From the NCBI GenBank assembly GCA_029856045.1, contig JAHQWG010000012.1:64001-128000 (forward strand): a DNA stretch of 64,000 bases, given 5' to 3'. This document shows positions 57,415-64,000 of the stretch, piece after piece. This DNA is from Promethearchaeia archaeon (GTDB lineage Archaea; Asgardarchaeota; Lokiarchaeia; Sigyniarchaeales; SOKP01). How positions within the stretch are numbered: position 1 is the first letter of the stretch; each line of letters starts with the position of its first letter. The notes under the pieces are model-generated. The model was not told the origin of the DNA. It saw only the letters and a program-made list of their open reading frames with translations, and ran no database searches. The position numbers and the translations under genes are program-made.

Positions 57415-59772
57415 TTATTTTATATATTTTTTTGATAACCTTTCTACGATAGTAGGATCTAGGACTTCTCTTGGTTCCCAATTCTTCGATTTTAAGTATT
57501 CCAAAATTTCTGTTTTCATATTAATTGGAATATCAGCCTCAACTCGAATATATTTCTCCAATTCGTCTGGTATATTTACGCCAAGATATTTTCGAGATAA
57601 ATCCATCCAGTGTGTTATTTTAATCATTCTTCCTTTAGTATTATCAGCTGGTCGAATACAAAGTTTAGCACAGAGGACAATTGCTTGCTCTATTGATTCT
57701 GCGGTTGTTAGAAGATGTTCTGGGGCGGGGGCGACTGGATGACCTGAAGTTCCATCTCTCGCATTATAAGCTGTCCAAACTTCATCATTATCAGTACGAC
57801 CAAGATACATTCTTCTATATTCTGCAGAATGAGGACCACATACTGCTGGTATACCCAAACCATTAGCACTACTGGCTATGCTTGCCGCCTTCTGGCTCAT
57901 AGCCCCCCAAGCAACACCTACTGCTCCAACGCGGTTTAATATATAATCAGCAATTTCTTCATAGTTTCCACGTAATGGACGCCTTGCAAATATATTTGCA
58001 ACTTTGCAGGCAGCACCACAGATATGCGGATTACTGACACAACTTCCAACATTGACTAAACCACCTCTATCGAAATCACCTGGAAATCTATCATATAAAG
58101 TTTCACCTTCTTCGTTTTTCACAAGTGCAATATCCATTGCAGCACATCCAGATACACACACAATATAACCTCTAATTAAAAACTCTTCCACTAAAATATA
58201 TAGTTCTTGAATTTCTTTCGCGTAGTTTGCACAACCTATAGGTGCAATAATACCAGGAATTTCTCCAAAAACTATAGGAGCGCCAACATTTCTAATTTCT
58301 GTATCTTGAATTGGTCCTCTGCCAGCTCTCATATTAAACTTTTCATTTCTAATATATTCCTGTCCCGCAAATATGATTAAATCTAAGGGAGAGACACCAT
58401 GCATACATTCCCCTTCACATCGACCGCAATCTAAACACCATTCTGAAATATCGGCTAATAATTTGAAATCACCGTCCTTTGCAGCTTCTATTGCATCTAT
58501 TAAAGGTAAATCATTTGGGCAATTGCGCTGACAATTTCCACATGAAATACATTTTTTAGCCATCTCTATTGCTTCTTCTCTGTCAGGAATAGATTTTTTT
58601 CCTTTTCTTATTGGTTTTACTTTAATCGCAACTTCAACTGCTACTTTTCCTGCTTTTTCAGGATTAAGAATGAGCACACCTTTTACTTTTCCTGAAACTA
58701 GATCATCAATAATTTCTTGGGTAGGATCTGCAGTTCTATCCGGAAGTCCTTCCATTCTCTTTTCATTAGTTGCAATATAAGGTGCATTTACCTTTTTTGC
58801 TTCTTCAAAAGTACGTAAATGAACGCATTGTTCATCTACCATCACCACATCTGCCAACCCAGAACGAATATATTTCAATTGTCTTGATAAGGAACCAACA
58901 ACTTTAGCCCCTTCATAATAACGTGTAAGGTCTATTGCAGTACAACATATAGCTCCCACATCTACTTTATCCTCTAATTCTTTTTCTCTCATATAATCAG
59001 CTAATTCAATTCCCGGAGCTACATTATGACCGATCATTAAAATTGTGGCTTTATTTTCTGTATCAAGTGTTCCCATTCCCAATTCTACTATTGGAACGTC
59101 AGCTTCTCCTTTGGGGAATCCAAATGCAGCAATTTGCACAGCATCTGCAATCTCCATTCCTACATTATCACAAAGACCCGCCAAAAAACTTTTAGATTCA
59201 AAATCTAAATAACTAGATTCTTGTCCAGTATGACCCGCAGATAAGAGATGGGTAATGGTATTTTGAACCCATTTCATTGCCTCTAGACAATCAGAAAGGT
59301 TTTCTGGTTTCATTCCAACGATTAATCGAGTCATTGGCATCTCAACTTCAATCTTATCCCCAAAATTTATCGGAACATCCCCAAATTTGTGCATTAAATG
59401 ATGGATTAAATGATCTCCATGAGCACTATGGCAGCTTGCTCCAATGCAACATGCAATCTCTACTATTCTTCCTTGCTGTCCTTTCATATCAATCCCGCAT
59501 GCGCCAGTCTTTCCCTTTGATAAATTGCATTTTCCGAAGGTACAAAGACAGCACATATCACAAATAGGCATATAGAAAGGAGGATATCGTTCCATTAATT
59601 TAAAGAACCAAGGTCTTAAAGTAGGGATTATTGGTTTTGGTGTAGGACCCATAGGTTCCCATTCTTCATAATCACTAGAAACTACTTTGCCAACAGTGAA
59701 CTCAAAACCCTTGATCTTTCCAAGAGGACCTTTATATTCGTCTATCTTTATTCTTGCGCCTTTTTCCGTCAA
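57415..59772 (-). CDS. cdhA: CO dehydrogenase/acetyl-CoA synthase alpha subunit (archaeal type)
   Basis: CDMCCLCTFGKC, GACG, GHNV, ICCT, DEQC, ferredoxin insert CISCGNC/CLDCGRC, GCANY, SGC, GSCVSN, SQKA. Confidence 0.95.
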   Translation of the reverse strand: MTEKGARIKIDEYKGPLGKIKGFEFTVGKVVSSDYEEWEPMGPTPKPIIPTLRPWFFKLMERYPPFYMPICDMCCLCTFGKCNLSKGKTGACGIDMKGQQGRIVEIACCIGASCHSAHGDHLIHHLMHKFGDVPINFGDKIEVEMPMTRLIVGMKPENLSDCLEAMKWVQNTITHLLSAGHTGQESSYLDFESKSFLAGLCDNVGMEIADAVQIAAFGFPKGEADVPIVELGMGTLDTENKATILMIGHNVAPGIELADYMREKELEDKVDVGAICCTAIDLTRYYEGAKVVGSLSRQLKYIRSGLADVVMVDEQCVHLRTFEEAKKVNAPYIATNEKRMEGLPDRTADPTQEIIDDLVSGKVKGVLILNPEKAGKVAVEVAIKVKPIRKGKKSIPDREEAIEMAKKCISCGNCQRNCPNDLPLIDAIEAAKDGDFKLLADISEWCLDCGRCEGECMHGVSPLDLIIFAGQEYIRNEKFNMRAGRGPIQDTEIRNVGAPIVFGEIPGIIAPIGCANYAKEIQELYILVEEFLIRGYIVCVSGCAAMDIALVKNEEGETLYDRFPGDFDRGGLVNVGSCVSNPHICGAACKVANIFARRPLRGNYEEIADYILNRVGAVGVAWGAMSQKAASIASSANGLGIPAVCGPHSAEYRRMYLGRTDNDEVWTAYNARDGTSGHPVAPAPEHLLTTAESIEQAIVLCAKLCIRPADNTKGRMIKITHWMDLSRKYLGVNIPDELEKYIRVEADIPINMKTEILEYLKSKNWEPREVLDPTIVERLSKKYIK

Positions 59773-59959
59773 TATTTTTCACGAGATATTAATAGTTTAT
59801 ATTTATCTTAAATTAATTAAGATAAAAGAATTCGATTTTAAATTTTAACTTTTATAATTTAATCAATATTTTTGAGTTTTTACTATATTCAATAACTTCC
59901 ACTTTAATTGGAAATGATTGAATTAAAGAATAATATAACTAAATAATTTTTAAAATAAT

Positions 59960-60481
59960 TTATTCTTGCTCAAACTCAAATTTAAATGAGCACATATCTG
60001 CTCCTTTCAAAATACAATTAATCTCTCTCCCTTCACTATCTATTCCTATCTCTTCAATAAGACCTGTGAAAATTCCATTGTAAATTATACAAATATTTTT
60101 TGCCATAATATTATCAATATAATCTTTTGAAAGAGGATTTCCCACATCGATAGTAATATTTCCCTTTCCATAATTTAAAACAAGAATTCCATATCCTAAA
60201 CTCTGTAATATTTCAAGTATAGAATTAATTATTTTCATTTTCTCTCGAAATTTTAATGATGCTACATCGCTAGTTTTAATAAAATCTTTAGCTATGGATT
60301 TTCCAATAGATTTTCCAACCCAGATTAGGATATCCTTAGATTCTGAGCCAGCTAATTCTCCGAACTCAATTAGTTCTTCTGGTCTAATCATTAAAAGAGG
60401 TAAATTTGAATCTTTTAAATAAATATGGGATTTTTCTTCATCTAAGAAAACATTTTCGACTTTTTTTACCCGTTTAAACAA
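59960..60481 (-). CDS. V4R-domain protein
   Basis: GKSIG, LGYG, C...NG...G, E..C...G.D.C.F. Confidence 0.85.
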   Translation of the reverse strand: MFKRVKKVENVFLDEEKSHIYLKDSNLPLLMIRPEELIEFGELAGSESKDILIWVGKSIGKSIAKDFIKTSDVASLKFREKMKIINSILEILQSLGYGILVLNYGKGNITIDVGNPLSKDYIDNIMAKNICIIYNGIFTGLIEEIGIDSEGREINCILKGADMCSFKFEFEQE

Positions 60482-60656
60482 TATTCCGCACCTCTGTTTT
60501 AATTTAAATTTTTTTTTTTTTTTTTAATTGTTTATTATTTTAGTGTTTATTATTATTATATTCTATCTAATTATAATTCAGTTTTTCAATTTTATTTAAT
60601 TTTTTGTAGAATATAAGATTAAAAAAAAACATAAAAAAGATAGTCCAAGATAAATT

Positions 60657-61661
60657 TTAGACATCTGGTAAAATTGTGGATGCTTTCTCACTTAACCAAT
60701 CTAAAGATTTTATAATATTAACATTATCTGCTACACTAATAGTCATAATATCCCAAGTTCGATTAGTAATTTCATTTAAATTAAAATGCTTGATTAATTC
60801 CTTTTCTGATATTAGAGCAAAGGGTAAATCAATTTTATTAGCCAAAATTAGAAGTGGGACACCTTCAAGCTCGTATCGAATTAAAATATTCCATAGCTCC
60901 TTTTTAGATTCATCAAATCTTACCTCATCGGCTGCATCTACCATATATATTAACATATTAGAATCTTGCATTCCTAAAAGCCACTTAGATCTAAGTCTTA
61001 CTTGACCAGGAACATCCCAAAAAATAAAATTATAATCGTTATGTGTATAATGTTCAATATTGAATTGTCTTGTTGGTTCATAATAATTTTGATTATATTC
61101 TCCCGTAGTTATTCTTCGTACATATGAAGTTTTACCAGCTTCATCAAGTCCAAAAATAAAAACTTTTAATATTGATCCATGATCTCTAAATGCTAAAAAT
61201 GGAGAATATCCTAAAACTTCATCATAATATCGTCTTATGTCTATAAAAATTGAGATTATTAATGTCTCTAATTCTAGATAATTACTAATTATATTTTGCT
61301 TTTCAGGTAAAAAATATTTGTTAATTTGTTCTTCAAAAACTTCTTTTAAATCATAGGGATTATCATCTTTTTCCAATACTAAACCAATAATTGCATCGGG
61401 ATAAATTAAACAGCTATAAATATTAATTCCTTCAGTAATTAATGGAGAATACAAAACTGGAGTCTTGTTCTTTCCCACTTCGAGATTGGATACTTTTTCT
61501 CTAAAATTCAATATTAGATCTGAGATAGACTTGTTTTTAACAATGTTAGATAATTTTTTTGGATAGCTTATTGTGTTCATATTTGAAAAATTATCTTGGG
61601 TTAAATCAACATTTAATATACTAATATCTCTACTGCTTATAAAAAATATATCTTTTAGCAT
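60657..61661 (-). CDS. Arf-like small GTPase with N-terminal longin-like domain
   Basis: GLDEAGKTS, PT, WDVPGQ, R.KW, VDAAD, ANKID; ~160-aa N-terminal alpha/beta domain. Confidence 0.85.
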   Translation of the reverse strand: MLKDIFFISSRDISILNVDLTQDNFSNMNTISYPKKLSNIVKNKSISDLILNFREKVSNLEVGKNKTPVLYSPLITEGINIYSCLIYPDAIIGLVLEKDDNPYDLKEVFEEQINKYFLPEKQNIISNYLELETLIISIFIDIRRYYDEVLGYSPFLAFRDHGSILKVFIFGLDEAGKTSYVRRITTGEYNQNYYEPTRQFNIEHYTHNDYNFIFWDVPGQVRLRSKWLLGMQDSNMLIYMVDAADEVRFDESKKELWNILIRYELEGVPLLILANKIDLPFALISEKELIKHFNLNEITNRTWDIMTISVADNVNIIKSLDWLSEKASTILPDV

Positions 61662-61799
61662 AGCAACTCGGTTTCAAATATTGTATTTTTAAACCTAATT
61701 ATTTTTTGGTTTTGTAAATTAAGAATAATTCAAATTATTAACTATTTAAAAATTGGATGATTAAAAAAATTTTTTAAAAAATAGTAAAATTTAATTGTC

Positions 61800-63218
61800 T
61801 TAATCAGAACCATTTTTTTCTTCATTTTGATTTTGCTCTGTATCATTTTGAATATTTTCTTTTTTTTTTGTTTCTTCAGAACTTACTGAAATCAGTTTTG
61901 AACCACAAACAGGACACTCAGACCAACCATTACGGCATCCGTAGGAACATTGCGGGCAAGGAATAATATCCTTAGTATCCTTCCATTCAGGAATATTTAG
62001 GGTTCCTTGACGAGATTTTGCAAGGTTTTCAAGTTCTTCTTCAGACCATTCAGGTAAGTTAACTCCTAAATCAGTACGAGATTTTGCTATATCTAATAAT
62101 TGCTCTTCAGTCCATAGTTCCATGTTTGGTGGAAGTCCAGTTCCAAGCCCACGCTCAGCTGCATCTTTTACAAGGTCTTCTCGAGTCCAAACCTCTAATC
62201 TCTGTCCGCCGGGTCCAATAGCCTGTCCTGCTTGAGTTGGAGGTGTTGGACCAGTACTCACTTCTGAAGGTTTTTTTGTAGAAGGTGCTTCATAACATAG
62301 TGCAGAGAAGCGTAATAATGCTTCAAAACAAGTAGCAAATGCGTTGACCGATTTACTTTCATCTTGAACAACAACAATCGTTGATCCATCTTGCATACTT
62401 GGCACTGCTATAGCGCAAATTGACACAGGAGAACTGGTTCTTTTTGACTCTGTTGCTGAGGAGAGTTTTTCCATTGCATCTATTAATTCTTTATCCTTTA
62501 GTAGAAAATCACAAATTGGTTCTCCATGCCTTTGATACTGTTCATGATAGCGAGTTAAATTATTCTTGGTTGTATCTTTATCCATTGAGGAAATTAGTTC
62601 AGTTATATATGAATAATTCTCGATCATTGATCCTTTATGTTCTGATTTTTCAGGATTAAAGTCGCCTAAATCAAGATCTCCTATCAAGGGTGCAAATAAC
62701 GGGTCCGCATCTTTTATTTTTCCAAATAAGGTAATCCGTGGAATAATACATTTAATTTCTGCATAATATGAAATTGAATTATCATTAATTGAAATTTTTT
62801 CTGGTTTTTCATTATCAACCATAATTCTTGGAATTGTCCGAAAATACACTTCAACAAAAGGTAATTGCTTAACAGGGATAATCGCTCCGCAACCCATTGG
62901 AATCAATAATTGAAAATTTTTAACATAAGAATTTATTAATTTTTCAAGATCATTTTTCACTTCATTATATTCTTCCTTTTCTAATTCTTTCTTAATATTA
63001 TCTTTTAATTTTTCCAACTTTTCTTCATTCTTCTCAATATTGCCCCCAAATACCTTCACTTCGTCTATTGTATTTTCCTTAAGAATAGAAATAGCATTAT
63101 CAATGATCTTTTGCTGTTCTTTGTTTAGTTCATTAAAAACTAAATAATTATTAACATCAAAATCACTACTTTTAATTAAAACTCTTAATTTTTGAAATAA
63201 TTCTGAAATAATTCTCAA
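61800..63218 (-). CDS. Hypothetical protein with Trp-acidic helical repeats and C-terminal zinc ribbon
   Basis: WTREDL/WTEEQL/WSEEEL repeats; CPQC...CPVCG. Confidence 0.75.
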   Translation of the reverse strand: MRIISELFQKLRVLIKSSDFDVNNYLVFNELNKEQQKIIDNAISILKENTIDEVKVFGGNIEKNEEKLEKLKDNIKKELEKEEYNEVKNDLEKLINSYVKNFQLLIPMGCGAIIPVKQLPFVEVYFRTIPRIMVDNEKPEKISINDNSISYYAEIKCIIPRITLFGKIKDADPLFAPLIGDLDLGDFNPEKSEHKGSMIENYSYITELISSMDKDTTKNNLTRYHEQYQRHGEPICDFLLKDKELIDAMEKLSSATESKRTSSPVSICAIAVPSMQDGSTIVVVQDESKSVNAFATCFEALLRFSALCYEAPSTKKPSEVSTGPTPPTQAGQAIGPGGQRLEVWTREDLVKDAAERGLGTGLPPNMELWTEEQLLDIAKSRTDLGVNLPEWSEEELENLAKSRQGTLNIPEWKDTKDIIPCPQCSYGCRNGWSECPVCGSKLISVSSEETKKKENIQNDTEQNQNEEKNGSD

Positions 63219-63251
63219 CTCAAAGAATTAATTATAAAATAATAGTTTCTT

Positions 63252-63279
63252 TACTGCTATAAGGACTCTACTGCTATAA
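63252..63279. repeat. Perfect 11-bp direct repeat
   Basis: TACTGCTATAA at 63252-63262 and 63269-63279. Confidence 0.6.
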
Positions 63280-63931
63280 AAATTTAACTCTAAAAATAGA
63301 ATAAAAATAAAATCAAAATCAGAGTTATATAAATTGCTAGCTATTTTTTGAAAAAGTAAGAGTGTTTAAGAGCACAAAATACATTAATAACTTTCAAAAA
63401 TATAGTTCATAATTGAATACTCATGTATATCATATTTTTATATATTAACTATTGTTAATTAATACACTAATATTTCTCAAAACACTCTTTTTCCTTAAAA
63501 AAAAATTTTAATTACGAAAATCTTTAATCTAATCCAAAAAAACAAAATTTACACCATTGAGATTAAAAATTTATAGAAATTGAATAATGATTATGAAATC
63601 TTATATCAATAGTTAAAAAAATATTAAACATTTTTCACCAACAATTAAAATATTTTTAAAATAATTTTCAATAGTAATTAATAAAAATTGAAAAAATTAT
63701 AATTAAAAATTCTGAAGAAAAATGGAATTAGACTAAAAAAAGAGATTTTTTTAAATTATATCTTTTTGATAATTTATTATTGCATTAATTATTTAAATAC
63801 ATTTTACAAAAAAGGCTGTATCCTTTATAAAATAACACTTCAGAGGAAAATTTTAAATACTAGAATATCATAATAGATCATTATATCAGATAAAATAAAA
63901 TGTGTTGAAATTCAAGGAGCTTAACCTTACT

Positions 63932-64000
63932 ATGAAAATTGTTACAGTAAATATACCAGAACCATATATAAACGCCATTGATAAATTAACAGGACATGAG
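63932..64000 (+). CDS. Ribbon-helix-helix regulator, partial (runs off the window end)
   Basis: MKIVTVNIPEPYINAIDKLTGHE...; AAGGAG upstream; similar to the RHH at the window start. Confidence 0.75.
   Translation, partial: MKIVTVNIPEPYINAIDKLTGHE

Noticed and set aside
2757-62659. Short ORFs in the track that overlap long genes (e.g. 2757-3014, 4399-4626, 8756-9106, 55009-55380, 56440-56817, 60676-61005)
   Set aside because: Antisense or alternate-frame shadows of well-supported genes, with no recognisable motifs.
63219-63931. Long AT-rich spacer as replication origin or CRISPR leader
   Set aside because: No ORB-like G-string repeats, no adjacent cdc6/orc1, and no repeat-spacer array.
1-64000. 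tRNA, rRNA, CRISPR, transposase or integrase genes
   Set aside because: No GC-rich structured RNA segments, repeat arrays or recombinase motifs were recognised by eye; tRNAscan-SE and Infernal would be needed to exclude small RNAs.

Overview
AT-rich, gene-dense archaeal chromosome segment, most likely Asgard (Lokiarchaeia-like). This assignment rests on archaeal RadA, tRNA splicing endonuclease and CdhA occurring with eukaryote-type signature proteins (two multidomain Arf/Rag-like small GTPases, a V4R protein, a vWA-RING protein). Main blocks: (1) purine cluster purC/purS/purQ/purL with two different purF genes; (2) an operon of alkyl-DHAP-synthase-like FAD enzyme, GlpC/HdrD-like Fe-S protein and GK5-like glycerol kinase; (3) three tandem membrane-anchored left-handed beta-helix paralogues resembling a split Pls-type NRPS C-terminal module; (4) housekeeping genes (endA, MEMO1, rhomboid, csp, radA); (5) an alpha-glucan cluster (degenerate phosphohexomutase, GH57 branching enzyme, NDP-sugar pyrophosphorylase, GalT-like, GH57 amylase/glucanotransferase, maltokinase) interrupted by an RPH-like dikinase/CPBP/hypothetical block carrying a guaA 3' remnant; (6) regulators, GTPases, apbC and an orphan cdhA. 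Reading intergenic DNA revealed two partial RHH genes at the window edges, several gene remnants, two genes whose conserved N-termini lie upstream of any ATG/GTG/TTG, and short operator-like repeats. No rRNA, tRNA, CRISPR array, integrase or transposase was recognised. All family calls come from motif recognition, not database searches.
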